Source: an uncultured Weeksellaceae bacterium
Lineage (GTDB): Bacteria; Bacteroidota; Bacteroidia; Flavobacteriales_D; UBA2798
Length of the DNA: 64,000 nt
Assembly (NCBI GenBank): GCA_964460845.1
Contig: CAYWRZ010000007.1
Coordinates: 8,024-72,023, forward strand
Reading direction: 5' to 3'
Under the pieces are notes generated by a model, which saw nothing but the letters and a program-made list of their open reading frames with translations, was not told the DNA's origin and searched no databases. The position numbers and the translations under genes are program-made. Positions 44,857 to 55,695 of the stretch are shown piece by piece. How positions within the stretch are numbered: the stretch's first letter is position 1; every line of letters starts with the position of its first letter.

Positions 44857-45183
44857 TCAGGCCCCCTGTTGCTCGGGGTAGCGGAAGTAGGTGCCGCCTT
44901 CGATAAATTCCTGAATGGCAATAGCTACGGGTTTCGGCTGTTTCTCGTAGTGGCGTGAAATTTCTATCTGTTCGCGGTTTTCGAACACTTCTTCGAGGTT
45001 GTCGGTATGTGTGGCAAACTCCTGCAGTTTGGAGGTAAGCTCTTCACGCATTTCACCGGCAAGCTGACCTGCCCGGCGGCTGATGACTACGATCGATTCA
45101 TAAATATTGCCGGTAGGCGCCTCAATCTTATCTACATCACGGGTAACGGTAGTGCGCTCGGCATTGGCATTTTTGTAACTCAT
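44857..45183 (-). CDS. rpoZ: DNA-directed RNA polymerase subunit omega (Bacteroidota long form)
   Basis: NIYESIVVISRRAGQL core; 108 aa; sits between bamD and coaBC. Confidence 0.7.
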   Translation of the reverse strand: MSYKNANAERTTVTRDVDKIEAPTGNIYESIVVISRRAGQLAGEMREELTSKLQEFATHTDNLEEVFENREQIEISRHYEKQPKPVAIAIQEFIEGGTYFRYPEQQGA

Positions 45184-45995
45184 GGCTCTTTCGTTTTTTT
45201 CAGCTTTTCAATTTCAGCGATACTGCTTCGATGGATACTTTCCGCCTCTTTCCGGTAAGGACTGTTGGCGAAAAAGTCAACAAAGTTATGATAAGATTTG
45301 ATAGTTTCATTATAACGCTCCAACTTTTTACTTTCAATGCTGTTTTTAGCCAAAAGAAAATCGGCCCTTACGGTAAGAAAAGCAGCCAGTTCGGTGTACC
45401 TCGAATCGGGAAATGATTCTTGAAAGCTCTTAAAAGCGATAGAAGCCGCTTTATAGTTTTCCATTTTATAGTAGAGGTTGGCGCTCTCGAAGCCTTTGAG
45501 TTCCAGCTTATGGCGAAGCTGGTCGATGATCTTGTTACAGGTGTCGCGCCGTGAACTTTCGGGGTAACGGTTCAGAAAAAGCTGCAATTCGTTGATAGCA
45601 TCGTACGTTTCTTTCTGGTCGAGCGGGTAATCGGGCGAATTGCGGGTATTGCAGATACCACTCATAAAGAGGCATTCTTCGGCGTACTGGCTTGCCGGGA
45701 AGGTTTTGGCAAAATTTTTAAAATAATAGGCAGCCAGGTAGTAATCTTTCAGGTGAAAATGGCTGTACGAGAAGTAATAATACGTTTTCTCGGCTTTATC
45801 GGTAAGCCTGAATACGGGAATCAGCTCTTCGAGCAGCGGTAAAGCCCGGTTATACTGTTTCTTCTCGTAATACTCAATGGCTTTTTCGTATTTGAGGTTA
45901 TAGTCCTGACTTTTAAGTATCCTGCCGTATTCGGAGCAGGCGCTTAACAGCAGCGGGAGTAGTATTCCTAAAAACAGATAAAATCGGCGAATCAT
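45180..45995 (-). CDS. bamD: Outer membrane protein assembly factor BamD (TPR lipoprotein)
   Basis: Lipobox LLLSAC in MIRRFYLFLGILLPLLLSAC, TPR-like repeats, and an ATGA overlap with rpoZ. Start moved to the ATG at 45995. Confidence 0.75.
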   Translation of the reverse strand: MIRRFYLFLGILLPLLLSACSEYGRILKSQDYNLKYEKAIEYYEKKQYNRALPLLEELIPVFRLTDKAEKTYYYFSYSHFHLKDYYLAAYYFKNFAKTFPASQYAEECLFMSGICNTRNSPDYPLDQKETYDAINELQLFLNRYPESSRRDTCNKIIDQLRHKLELKGFESANLYYKMENYKAASIAFKSFQESFPDSRYTELAAFLTVRADFLLAKNSIESKKLERYNETIKSYHNFVDFFANSPYRKEAESIHRSSIAEIEKLKKTKEP

Positions 45996-46090
45996 CGTGC
46001 AAAGGTAAATAAAAGCCGCAAATTTTAACCGGTGTCGGTACTGGCGGTACGCATACAACGCAGTACTGTGGATAAAATTTTACAGTCGGG

Positions 46091-46121
46091 TTGACAATGC
46101 GCGGGGAGTAGCGTAATTTTG
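46091..46121 (+). promoter_or_regulatory. Candidate promoter (TTG ... TAATTTTG) for the PLP-enzyme gene
   Basis: TTGACA at 46091 and an exact TAnnTTTG at 46114-46121, 55 nt before the start at 46176. Confidence 0.4.
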
Positions 46122-46175
46122 CCCTTCCAACCAAAAGAGAATACCCTCATTATTAACCCTTAAAACATTCCTGCC

Positions 46176-47420
46176 TTGGATATTTTTGAGAAGATCAAGC
46201 TCAACCGTGGCCCTTTGGGTAAACATTCGAAAGAATCGCACGGTTATTTTACATTCCCTAAGCTGGAAGGCCCTATCGGCAACAAGATGATCTTCCGTGG
46301 GAAAGAAGTGCTTTGCTGGAGTCTGAATAACTACCTGGGGCTGGCCAACCATCCTGAGGTACGCGAAGCGGATGCCAATGCGGCGGCCGAATTCGGACTG
46401 GCGCTTCCGATGGGCGCCCGTATGATGAGCGGTAACAGCAACTACCATGAGCAGCTCGAAAGTGAGCTTTCGGCCTTCATGAAAAAAGAGGATACCATTC
46501 TGCTCAACTTCGGCTATCAGGGTATGGTATCGGCTATCGACAGCCTTGTGGATCGCAACGACGTGATTGTGTATGACAGTGAGTCGCATGCCTGTATTCT
46601 CGATGGGATGCGTCTGCACTTCGGCAAACGTTTCGTCTATCAGCACAACGATATTGAGAACCTCGAAAAACAATTGCAACGTGCAGTAAAGCTGGCGGCC
46701 GAAAAAGACGGTGGCGTGCTGGTGATCACCGAAGGCGTATTCGGTATGGCCGGCGATCAGGGCAAATTGCGTGAAATCGTGGCACTCAAGGAGAAATATT
46801 CGTTCCGTCTGTTTGTGGACGACGCACATGGTTTCGGTACAATGGGACCTACCGGTGCCGGTGCCGGAGAAGAACAGGGCGTACAGGACGGTATCGATAT
46901 TTATTTCGGCACTTTTGCCAAGTCGATGGCTTTGATAGGCGGCTTTATCTCTTCGACCGAAAACGTGGTGGAATACCTGCGTTACAATATGCGTTCGCAG
47001 ATTTTTGCCAAAGCATTGCCCATGCCTTTGGTGGTAGGTGCGCTTAAACGCCTCGATTTGCTGCGCAGCAAGCCCGAGCTTCGTGAAAACCTTTGGAAAA
47101 TTACCCATGCCCTGCAAAACGGACTGACCGAAGCCGGGTTTAACATTGGCAAAACCAACTCTCCGGTTACTCCGGTATTTTTGAGCGGCTCATTGGGTGA
47201 AGCGACCAACCTCACCTTCGACCTGCGCGAAAACCACAGCATTTTCTGTTCTATCGTGGTGTATCCCGTAGTACCGAAAGACGTGATCATGCTGCGTCTT
47301 ATCCCGACGGCCGTGCATACGCTCGAAGATGTGAATTACACCATCGAAACCTTTAAGAAGGTACAGGTGAAGCTGCAAAAAGGCGAATACTACTCCGATA
47401 AGATTGTGTCGGTGCATTAA
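46176..47420 (+). CDS. Alpha-oxoamine synthase family PLP enzyme (serine palmitoyltransferase / cysteate-acyltransferase / KBL-like)
   Basis: PLP-lysine block GTFAKSMALIGGF and DDAHGFG; 414 aa; TTG start from the track. The exact substrate cannot be assigned from sequence alone. Confidence 0.8.
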   Translation: MDIFEKIKLNRGPLGKHSKESHGYFTFPKLEGPIGNKMIFRGKEVLCWSLNNYLGLANHPEVREADANAAAEFGLALPMGARMMSGNSNYHEQLESELSAFMKKEDTILLNFGYQGMVSAIDSLVDRNDVIVYDSESHACILDGMRLHFGKRFVYQHNDIENLEKQLQRAVKLAAEKDGGVLVITEGVFGMAGDQGKLREIVALKEKYSFRLFVDDAHGFGTMGPTGAGAGEEQGVQDGIDIYFGTFAKSMALIGGFISSTENVVEYLRYNMRSQIFAKALPMPLVVGALKRLDLLRSKPELRENLWKITHALQNGLTEAGFNIGKTNSPVTPVFLSGSLGEATNLTFDLRENHSIFCSIVVYPVVPKDVIMLRLIPTAVHTLEDVNYTIETFKKVQVKLQKGEYYSDKIVSVH

Positions 47421-47438
47421 GTATAAGGACTATAATTT

Positions 47439-47471
47439 AAAAACCCTCTGACTTGTCAGAGGGTTTTTTTT
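47439..47471. terminator. Bidirectional rho-independent terminator between convergent genes
   Basis: Perfect 8-bp stem CCCTCTGA/TCAGAGGG with a 4-nt loop, flanked by AAAAA on the left and TTTTTTTT on the right. Confidence 0.8.
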
Positions 47472-47506
47472 ATGTCATCCTATACGCTGAAGGGACACTA
47501 AAATCT

Positions 47507-48364
47507 TCAGATTATTTTCATCGTAGTCAGTATGCGCCGTACGATTAATTTACGGGCTTCCGCTTTCGATGCATCGCTCATATCAATATTCAGCGCGAAG
47601 AAATAGTAGTCTTTTTTCTTTTCTTTTCCGGGTTTTTCTTTCTCGATATAGCCCACATACCAGCCCAAATCGGCTTCCCCTTTTCGTACGCTCCAGCCGG
47701 TTTTGGAGCGCAGCGTGAAATTGGAATTTTTTTCTTCGATCATCAGATTGCGTACCGTTTCGACCACTTTCGGCGAGAAAGGCAGCAGGTTGTTTTGCAG
47801 GCGTTTCAGAAACTCGACCTGCTCACGGGCACTAATGCGCAACTTTCCGGTAAGCCAAAAATTGTCGATGCCTCCCGAAATGTCCTTATTGCCGTAGCTG
47901 CATTTGTCGATCCAGGATTGCATCTGCGTAAAGCCGATGCGGCGCGCCAGCTCCTGATAGAACCACACGGTCGAATTCTTGTAGGCATACCGCATATCCT
48001 GCGAGCTGTTCCAGGCCGGAAGCTCGCGTTCAAAGCCATCCCATTTTAAGGTTTGCTTTTCGTTTTTTACGGCTTTCGTTTCCAACGCGACAAGCGAGTT
48101 AAAAATTTTAAAGGTCGATGCCGGACTGAAACGCTGCTCGAAGCGTACGCTGTCGTACACGTAATAGCGCGCTTTCTGCTGGTCGTAAATGACCAGTGTG
48201 CCGCTTACGCCGTATTCGTTGAAATAGCTTTGCCATTCGGGCATGGTTTTCATGCGTAGCGAATCCCAGGCGGGTGCGTTGGCTGCGGCGTAAGTTTTGC
48301 TCCCGCTAAGCAGAAGCAGAAGGGCGATCAGCCGGAATGTGCTTGTCAGTCGGTGCTTATTCAT
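47507..48364 (-). CDS. Class D (OXA-type) beta-lactamase
   Basis: Signal peptide. All class D boxes are present: STFK (PASTFKIF), SxV (NSTVWFYQELARRIG), YGN, FWL and KTG (SKTGWS). Confidence 0.85.
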   Translation of the reverse strand: MNKHRLTSTFRLIALLLLLSGSKTYAAANAPAWDSLRMKTMPEWQSYFNEYGVSGTLVIYDQQKARYYVYDSVRFEQRFSPASTFKIFNSLVALETKAVKNEKQTLKWDGFERELPAWNSSQDMRYAYKNSTVWFYQELARRIGFTQMQSWIDKCSYGNKDISGGIDNFWLTGKLRISAREQVEFLKRLQNNLLPFSPKVVETVRNLMIEEKNSNFTLRSKTGWSVRKGEADLGWYVGYIEKEKPGKEKKKDYYFFALNIDMSDASKAEARKLIVRRILTTMKII

Positions 48365-51005
48365 CGAAAAGTCCCATTTGTTTCAGGTCGGAAGGATCGA
48401 TTTTTTTGCCGTTTTCGTCGAATTCGAAATCGGGTGTTTCGGGATCGGGTTCTTCGGTTTGCGCTTCTTCGGGGCTGTCTCCGGGCTGCGGTTCAAGCAG
48501 CGTGATGGTTTTTATCCGGTGCGCGGTGAGCTTGTTGCCGAGGGCTTTTTCGTTGCGAATATCTACGAATTCGGCCAAATTAAATTCTTCGGGCTTTCGG
48601 CTGGTGCTTCGGCCGTCGTATTCGACCGTGATTCGTGGTATCCATTGTGTGGTGATCAGCTCCAGTCTTGAGTTTTCGTGTACGGTCAGGAAATGATTTT
48701 TCCGATCGGCACCGGGTTCGAGCATAAATCGTTTTACGAAGTACGCTTCTTTTTCTCCGTCGAAATAGATGGCCGTAACCGGTTTTTTGGGATTGAATTT
48801 TTCTACTAAAATCAGATCATCATCAAAACGCAAATCGAGCGAATGGCCCGAGGTGCGGTAGTAACCCGATTGGGTAGCCGATAGAATTTTATCGTCGCCT
48901 TTAAAACGGCCGAGCAATTCTCCGCGTCCGTCGGTATTGAGACGCATGGTGATATCGTCGTACCAGATTTGTCGTGCCGCCAGGGTAGAGCCGCCTATTT
49001 CTTTCTGCTCGATTTTCTGTACGGCGTATTTGGTTACGATATTTCCTTGTGCAGTCATTCCTTTTACCGCTAATCCGCCCATTTCGAAGGGAAAACGCAG
49101 CTTTTTGAGTCCGGCTTTTTGGCGCAATGCTACCGAAACGGTTTCGGCCTCGCCGTTGGAATGCACGGAGAAATACAGCACTTTAGAATCGGGCGTACCT
49201 TTGCTCAGCACGTAATCTTTATCGCGGATGATGGCGGTAACGGCAAAACGTTTGGCGTAGGTAGCACCGTTTTTTCCGTCGCGGTAGAGCATGTGATAAA
49301 TGCGTTGCTTGTCGCCTTTACGCCATACGGCGATGTGGATAATGCCTTTGCCCACAAATTTTTTGTCGGTGATCCGCGACACGTTCATCACGCCGTCTTC
49401 GCGGAACACGATGATGTCGTCGATGTCGGAGCAGTCGCAGATGAACTCGTCTTTTTTGAGCGAGGTGCCGATAAATCCTTCCTGTAAGTTGGCGTACAGC
49501 TTGGTGTTGGCGGCCACTACTTTAGTCGCTTCGATGGTGTCGAATACGCGTCCTTCGGTTTTCCGTTCGCGACCTGCGCTGTATTTTTTCTTCAGGTTTT
49601 TGAAATAATCGATGGCGTAATTTACCAGGTGCTTCAGGTTGTGCTGCACCATATCGATTTCTTCTTCGAGGCTTTCTATAAAATGGTCGGCCTTGTCGCT
49701 GTCGAATTTTGAGATCCGTTTGATGCGTATCTCGGTAAGCTTTACGATATCCTCTTCGGTAACCTGGCGTTTGAGGTGCTTGACGTGGGGTTTCAATCCT
49801 TTGTCGATAGCACTTACCACTCCTTCCCAGGTTTCTTCTTCTTCAATTTTTCGGTAAATACGTTTTTCGATAAAAATTTTCTCCAGCGAAGCAAAATGCC
49901 AGGAGGATTCCAGCTCATTGAGCTTTATCTCCAATTCCAGGCGAAGCAGATCGAGCGTATGCTGAGTAGATTGCCGTAGAATTTCGGACACTCCGACAAA
50001 GCGGGGCTTGTCGTTTTCAATGACACAGGCATTGGGGGCGATAGAAATTTCGCAGTCGGTGAAGGCGTAGAGTGCGTCGATAGTCTTATCGGGCAGCGCT
50101 TCGGGGTGCAGGTGGATGACAATTTCAACCTTATCGGCGGTATTGTCTTCAATTTTTTTCACCTTGATTTTCCCTTTATCACTGGCTTTCACGATCGATT
50201 CGATCAGGGAAGAGGTGGTTGATCCAAAGGGGATTTCTTCTATCACGAGGGTTTTACGATCCTGTTGGCGGATACGTGCTCTTACTCTTACCCTGCTACC
50301 GCGCATTCCGTCGTTGTACTGCGAAAAGTCGGCCATGCCTGCGGTATGGAAATCGGGATAGATCTCGATTTTTTTGCCTTTGAGCACATCGATAGAGGCA
50401 TCGATTAGTTCGATGAAATTGTGAGGCAGCACTTTACAGGCTAATCCTACGGCGATTCCTTCTCCGCCCTGTGCCAGCAGCAGCGGGAATTTGGCGGGCA
50501 GGTGAATGGGTTCTTTGTTACGGCCGTCGTACGAGGCTTGCCACACGGTGGTTTTGGGGTTAAACACCACTTCAAGCGCGAATTTCGACAGGCGGGCTTC
50601 GATATAACGGGGAGCGGCTGCGCCGTCGCCGGTGAGCAGGTTCCCCCAGTTACCCTGGGTGTCGATAAGCAGATCGCGCTGGCCTATTTGTACGAGCGCA
50701 TCGCCGATAGAGGCATCGCCATGCGGGTGGTATTTCATCGTGTGACCTATCACATTGGCCACTTTGTTGTATCGCCCGTCTTCGAGCTCGCGCATAGAAT
50801 GGAGGATACGGCGCTGTACGGGCTTGAGTCCGTCTAACATGGCAGGTACGGCCCTCTCCAAAATCACGTACGAGGCGTAATCCAGGAACCAGTCTTTGTA
50901 CATACCCGAGAGGGGTACTACTTTTTGCAGGTCGCCTTCATTTCCCTGTTCTGCGCCCGAACCGTTGTATTCTTCTTCCTGCGGAAATTCTTCGTCGTGT
51001 ATCAT
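48357..51005 (-). CDS. parC: DNA topoisomerase IV subunit A (GyrA/ParC family)
   Basis: [15 protein letters not shown], an active-site Tyr block [10 protein letters not shown], and an acidic C-terminal tail. Immediately downstream of a ParE-type subunit with a 4-nt overlap. Confidence 0.85.
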   Translation of the reverse strand: MIHDEEFPQEEEYNGSGAEQGNEGDLQKVVPLSGMYKDWFLDYASYVILERAVPAMLDGLKPVQRRILHSMRELEDGRYNKVANVIGHTMKYHPHGDASIGDALVQIGQRDLLIDTQGNWGNLLTGDGAAAPRYIEARLSKFALEVVFNPKTTVWQASYDGRNKEPIHLPAKFPLLLAQGGEGIAVGLACKVLPHNFIELIDASIDVLKGKKIEIYPDFHTAGMADFSQYNDGMRGSRVRVRARIRQQDRKTLVIEEIPFGSTTSSLIESIVKASDKGKIKVKKIEDNTADKVEIVIHLHPEALPDKTIDALYAFTDCEISIAPNACVIENDKPRFVGVSEILRQSTQHTLDLLRLELEIKLNELESSWHFASLEKIFIEKRIYRKIEEEETWEGVVSAIDKGLKPHVKHLKRQVTEEDIVKLTEIRIKRISKFDSDKADHFIESLEEEIDMVQHNLKHLVNYAIDYFKNLKKKYSAGRERKTEGRVFDTIEATKVVAANTKLYANLQEGFIGTSLKKDEFICDCSDIDDIIVFREDGVMNVSRITDKKFVGKGIIHIAVWRKGDKQRIYHMLYRDGKNGATYAKRFAVTAIIRDKDYVLSKGTPDSKVLYFSVHSNGEAETVSVALRQKAGLKKLRFPFEMGGLAVKGMTAQGNIVTKYAVQKIEQKEIGGSTLAARQIWYDDITMRLNTDGRGELLGRFKGDDKILSATQSGYYRTSGHSLDLRFDDDLILVEKFNPKKPVTAIYFDGEKEAYFVKRFMLEPGADRKNHFLTVHENSRLELITTQWIPRITVEYDGRSTSRKPEEFNLAEFVDIRNEKALGNKLTAHRIKTITLLEPQPGDSPEEAQTEEPDPETPDFEFDENGKKIDPSDLKQMGLFDE

Positions 51006-52885
51006 GCTTCAATCTCTTCTTCGGTGTAAGCTTCTTCTGTATCGGAGGCTACGCTGTCTTTTTCTACGCGCAGGTTATCGATGATAAAATCCTGACGTTG
51101 TGGGGTGTTTTTGCCCATATAATAATCGAGCAGGTGCTGGATCGATTCTTTTTTTCCGATCACTACCGGCTCGAGCCGGATATCGGAGCTGATAAACATG
51201 CGGAACTCATCGGGCGAAATTTCTCCCAATCCTTTAAAGCGGGTAATTTCCGGGTTTTTACCCAGCTTTTTCATGGCGGCCTGCTTTTCTTCCTCGTTGT
51301 AGCAGTAGAGGGTTTGTTTTTTATTCCGCACCCTGAAAAGCGGGGTTTGCAGAATATAGACGTGCCCGTTTTTCACCAAATCGGGGAAAAACTGGAGGAA
51401 GAAGGTAAGCAGCAGCAGTCGGATGTGCATGCCGTCCACGTCGGCGTCGGTAGCGATGATCACGTTGTGATAGCGCAGGTTTTCGATGCCGTCTTCAATA
51501 TCGAGTGCCGCTTGAATGAGGTTGAACTCTTCGTTTTCGTACACAATTTTTTTGGTCAGCCCGTAGCTGTTGAGCGGTTTTCCTTTGAGGCTGAACACGG
51601 CTTGTGTGCTTACATCGCGCACTTTGGTAATGGAGCCGCTGGCCGAATCTCCTTCGCAGATGAACAGCATGGTATCGAGTCGGCGTTCGTCTTTGAGGTC
51701 GGTCAGGTGTACCCGGCAGTCGCGCAGTTTTTTGTTGTGCAGCGATGATTTTTTGGCCCTTTCGCGTGCCAGTTTTCGGATGCCCGAAAGCTCTTTGCGT
51801 TCACGTTCGGCGGCCATGATTTTACGCTGTATGGCGTCTGCCGTTTCGGGATGCTTGTGCAGGTAGTTGTCGAGCTTTTCTTTCAGAAAATCGGCTACGA
51901 AAGCCCGCATGGATTTTCCGCCGGGTTCTATTTCGAGCGAGCCGAGCTTGGTTTTGGTTTGCGATTCGAACACAGGTTCGACCACTTTTACGCTTACGGC
52001 CGCCGAGATAGAGGTGCGTATATCGACCGCGTCGTAGTCTTTTTTGTAAAATTCGCGCACCACTTTTACCAGCGCTTCACGAAATGCGGCCTGGTGCGTA
52101 CCGCCTTGGGTGGTATGCTGTCCGTTCACAAAGCTGAAGTATTCTTCACCGTACGAAGGGGTGTGGGTCATGGCCACTTCGATGTCTTCGCCCCGCACGT
52201 GGATGATGTCGTAGAGCGGTTCTTCCGAAAGGTTTTCGCGCAGCAGATCGAGCAGGCCGTTTTTAGATTCGAACTTCGTGCCGTTGAAATAAATAACCAG
52301 ACCGGGGTTGAGGTAACAATAGTTCCACAGCAGCTTTTCGATGAATCCTTCGCGGAAATGGAAGTTTTTGAAAATGCTTGGGTCGGGTACGAAAGTAACG
52401 AAGGTGCCGTTGGGCTGGGTGGTTTTTTCAACCTTATGCTCTTTGGTGACATCGCCGGCTTTAAATTCGACCCGTTTGAGCTGCCCTTCACGTATAGCCT
52501 CGACCGTAAACGATTCGGAAAGTGCGTTTACCGCTTTGGTACCGACACCGTTGAGTCCGACCGATTTTTTGAAGGCTTTCGTATCATATTTTGCGCCGGT
52601 ATTCATTTTGGATACGGCGTCTATCACTTTTCCGAGCGGGATACCCCGTCCGAAGTCGCGCACCGATACGCTTCGGTCTTTGATCACCACTTCGATTTTT
52701 TTACCGAAGCCCATTACAAATTCGTCGATGCAGTTGTCGATGATCTCTTTGATCAGAATGTAAATCCCGTCGTCGGCAGCCGAACCGTCTCCCAGTTTCC
52801 CGATATACATACCGGGACGCAGACGGATGTGTTCTTTCCAGTCGAGCGATCGTATGTTATCTTCCGTATAATTGTGTTGAGCCAT
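51002..52885 (-). CDS. parE: DNA topoisomerase IV subunit B (GyrB/ParE family)
   Basis: [29 protein letters not shown], a GHKL ATPase region and the Toprim block EGDSASGS. Start moved to the ATG at 52885. Confidence 0.85.
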   Translation of the reverse strand: MAQHNYTEDNIRSLDWKEHIRLRPGMYIGKLGDGSAADDGIYILIKEIIDNCIDEFVMGFGKKIEVVIKDRSVSVRDFGRGIPLGKVIDAVSKMNTGAKYDTKAFKKSVGLNGVGTKAVNALSESFTVEAIREGQLKRVEFKAGDVTKEHKVEKTTQPNGTFVTFVPDPSIFKNFHFREGFIEKLLWNYCYLNPGLVIYFNGTKFESKNGLLDLLRENLSEEPLYDIIHVRGEDIEVAMTHTPSYGEEYFSFVNGQHTTQGGTHQAAFREALVKVVREFYKKDYDAVDIRTSISAAVSVKVVEPVFESQTKTKLGSLEIEPGGKSMRAFVADFLKEKLDNYLHKHPETADAIQRKIMAAERERKELSGIRKLARERAKKSSLHNKKLRDCRVHLTDLKDERRLDTMLFICEGDSASGSITKVRDVSTQAVFSLKGKPLNSYGLTKKIVYENEEFNLIQAALDIEDGIENLRYHNVIIATDADVDGMHIRLLLLTFFLQFFPDLVKNGHVYILQTPLFRVRNKKQTLYCYNEEEKQAAMKKLGKNPEITRFKGLGEISPDEFRMFISSDIRLEPVVIGKKESIQHLLDYYMGKNTPQRQDFIIDNLRVEKDSVASDTEEAYTEEEIEA

Positions 52886-53066
52886 AGTCGGGCGGATTTT
52901 TGAAGGCAGTAAAGTTACGCATTGCACGAGGGCTTCATGAGGCTGAAATTCTCGTTTTTATTAACAATGCACCGGAATTATGCACCTTTCCAACGCAGTT
53001 GAAGCAGGTGGAATGCAAAGGTAAAGCCTCAGTTTGTATCTTCGTTCATCCCTTATTAGGAAAAAT

Positions 53067-54200
53067 ATGCAAAACTATCAGCTTCATATTTTGGTCGGTT
53101 GTGCCGATGCCCGCGATTTGAGCCAGCTTCATGTAGATGTAATGAACCGTAAAATCAGGGAATATAAGGAGCGCGGCATTCGGGTCGAGTTCCACAACAT
53201 CCGTACGGCCGGCTCGTTTATTACGCCCGATGTGTTTGAGGACATCCGGCAGATTATTCTTGATAGCTCTGAGAGTGTTGATATTCAAATAAATAAAGAA
53301 TATTTCGTGCATATACAAACTCACGGGCACCTTACCGAGACTTCGAACCGGGATTACGTGAGCCATATCTACAACATGGCGATTGTCGAGGGGTCGAACC
53401 TGAACTGCGGAATGCTGGGTGCTACGGGGGTAGGAGTCGAGTTGGAGCAGCTTTTGGTCGAAAGCAGGCTGACCTATGCTACTTCGGGCGGTACGGCGCG
53501 CGTGGAGAAAGACGAGGATATACGTTCGCTTTTGCGGGAGGTATATGGGTATGACGGTTATCTTGCGGGCGACTGGATAAAGAGCATCGACTACCTGCGT
53601 ACCCATCCGCGTGCGCAGAAGGCTCGTTTGGAGCATCTTATTGAGGCCGATTCGTTGCTGTGCACCTTGGGTATCCAGATTACGGCCGGCATACAGGATT
53701 ATTCCATCCACGCCCTTATCCGGCTCGACGGTGGGGTTCCTGAGGTGCCCTGGTGGGATGAAATGCAGCAGGAATTGCGGCAGTGCGTGGGCGAAACGCT
53801 GACAGTGCTGAAGCAGCAGTCGGAGCAGCAGAAGCCTTTAGCCGGACTCTTGTGTATGGCCGACCCCTGGGCTACTTCCCGTACGCTGGCGGCACGTTAT
53901 TACTTGAAAAGCCGTGGCCTTATTTCCGAAAACGGATACCTTCCCAATACGATTTTTAACATTACCGGCAGCACCTTCGATGTGCCCGATACGCCTTTTG
54001 GGCCTTATGTGATAGCCGGCTTCTTTTATGCGGTGAAATACCTTCGTCTGACCGATCAGATGGTGATGGGAAATGATGAGGCACAGACCGAACGTATGTT
54101 GGCCAAGCTGCGTCACGACCCGATTATGCGTATGCTGGCTGCCTATTTTAGGGTGAATTTTATCCCGATTACTCAGCGACAGTTGCTTGAGCAGAAATAA
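53067..54200 (+). CDS. Hypothetical protein (377 aa) with beta-carbonic-anhydrase-like N-terminal motifs
   Basis: ILVGCADARD (CxDxR), FHNIRTAGSFI (compare FVxRNxGN), then THGH and NCGMLGA. The rest is unrecognised. Start moved to the ATG at 53067. Confidence 0.55.
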   Translation: MQNYQLHILVGCADARDLSQLHVDVMNRKIREYKERGIRVEFHNIRTAGSFITPDVFEDIRQIILDSSESVDIQINKEYFVHIQTHGHLTETSNRDYVSHIYNMAIVEGSNLNCGMLGATGVGVELEQLLVESRLTYATSGGTARVEKDEDIRSLLREVYGYDGYLAGDWIKSIDYLRTHPRAQKARLEHLIEADSLLCTLGIQITAGIQDYSIHALIRLDGGVPEVPWWDEMQQELRQCVGETLTVLKQQSEQQKPLAGLLCMADPWATSRTLAARYYLKSRGLISENGYLPNTIFNITGSTFDVPDTPFGPYVIAGFFYAVKYLRLTDQMVMGNDEAQTERMLAKLRHDPIMRMLAAYFRVNFIPITQRQLLEQK

Positions 54201-54206
54201 GAATTT

Positions 54207-55607
54207 TCAGTACACGAGCAGGCGAGGCTCCATGTAATCGCGGATAGCGTATTTCACCCCTTCGCGACCGAAGCCCGAATCTTTTATACCGCCGTAGGGC
54301 ATGTGATCGACACGGAAGGTTGGCACATCGTTCAGGATAACCCCGCCTACTTCGAGGGTTTCGAAAGCCTGTTTGATGTATGCCTGTTGCTGTGTAAATA
54401 CACCGCATTGCAGTCCGAAACGGCTGTCGTTCATTTTTTGCAATCCTTCTTCGAAGCGCTCGTATTTTTCGATCACTACTACCGGACCGAATACTTCTTC
54501 GCTATGCACTTTCATGCCGGGATGCGTGCCGCTAAGCAGAGTGGGCGCGTAAAATGCGCCTTCTCTTTTGCCTCCGCACAGCAGCGTGGCGCCTTGTCTC
54601 AACGCTTCATTCACCCATTCTTCGACACGTTGAGCATTGGCTTCGTCGATCATCGAAGCAATATCGGTCTCCGGATTGGCCGGATCGCCCTGGCGTAACT
54701 GCTGCACGCCCTGGATCATTTTCGTGACGAAATTTTCAAAAAGCGAATCATGCACAAAGATGCGTTGCGCGTGAATGCATACTTGCCCGGAGTAAGCAAA
54801 TCCACCCACCAGGCAACGCTTTACCGCTTCGTCGATTGCCGCATCGGGTGCCAGCAGTACGCCGGCATTGCCGCCCAGCTCGAGCACTGTTTTTTTCTTT
54901 CCCGCTTTTTCTTTCATTTTCCAACCTACGTCGGGCGAACCGGTAAAGGAAAGCACAGCTATACGCGCGTCAGTGACCAGTATTTCTCCTGTTTTCCGAT
55001 CGCAGGGGAGAACCGAAAAAGCGCCCTTGGGAAGTTCTGTTTCGTCGAGAATGCGAGCCAGCTCCAGCGCGCTTAGCGGAGTGGAAGAGGCGGGTTTGAG
55101 TATGATGGGGCAGCCTGCGGCAATGGCAGGTGCGACCTTATGTGCCACCAGGTTGAGCGGGAAGTTAAAGGGGGTAATGCCCGCCACAATTCCAGCCGGA
55201 AAATAGCGAACCAGGCCTTCTTTGCCTTCGCCTGCCGCTGTCCAGCCCAGATCGAGGTATTCGCGCGGAAGCCTTTTACTTTCTTCGGCAGCGACGAGGA
55301 AAGTATCGGCGGCACGATCAATTTCACCCAGCGCGTAACGCATGGGCTTTCCGGATTCGGCCGAGAGAAGGCTGGCCAGCCTTTGCCGATCGTTGCGCAG
55401 CCGGATAGCCACGTGTTGCAATATCGCGTAACGCTTATGCGTGGGCAAGTGCTTCATCGCCCCTAATGCCTGTTCCGCTTTTTCGATGGCCTGCAAGATG
55501 TGCGCCGTTGAGGCAGCGGGCGTTTCGGCGATAAGCTGTCCGTGGTAAGGATTAACTACGGCTATATTTTTTTCGGATTCTCGGATCCACTCTCCTCCAA
55601 TATACAT
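54207..55607 (-). CDS. NAD(P)-dependent aldehyde dehydrogenase
   Basis: FTGSPDVG, ELGGNAG and the catalytic Cys block GQVCIHAQR; 466 aa. Confidence 0.9.
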   Translation of the reverse strand: MYIGGEWIRESEKNIAVVNPYHGQLIAETPAASTAHILQAIEKAEQALGAMKHLPTHKRYAILQHVAIRLRNDRQRLASLLSAESGKPMRYALGEIDRAADTFLVAAEESKRLPREYLDLGWTAAGEGKEGLVRYFPAGIVAGITPFNFPLNLVAHKVAPAIAAGCPIILKPASSTPLSALELARILDETELPKGAFSVLPCDRKTGEILVTDARIAVLSFTGSPDVGWKMKEKAGKKKTVLELGGNAGVLLAPDAAIDEAVKRCLVGGFAYSGQVCIHAQRIFVHDSLFENFVTKMIQGVQQLRQGDPANPETDIASMIDEANAQRVEEWVNEALRQGATLLCGGKREGAFYAPTLLSGTHPGMKVHSEEVFGPVVVIEKYERFEEGLQKMNDSRFGLQCGVFTQQQAYIKQAFETLEVGGVILNDVPTFRVDHMPYGGIKDSGFGREGVKYAIRDYMEPRLLVY

Positions 55608-55695
55608 GGCTTCGGGGCTTAAAAGTGCGACAAGCGGTTTTCTGTCTGCAAGATACGTAAGCAGATAATTGCTTTAATCCCTAAATTTAGCGAAA

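Noticed and set aside
46080-47117. 345-aa ORF antisense to the PLP-enzyme gene
   Set aside because: The + strand frame has clear alpha-oxoamine synthase motifs and the antisense frame has none.
51098-52903. 216-aa and 350-aa ORFs antisense to parE; also 48297..48696, 49119..49487 and others antisense to parC
   Set aside because: The minus-strand frames carry unambiguous topoisomerase motifs. The plus-strand ORFs are Phe/Val/Gly-rich shadows.
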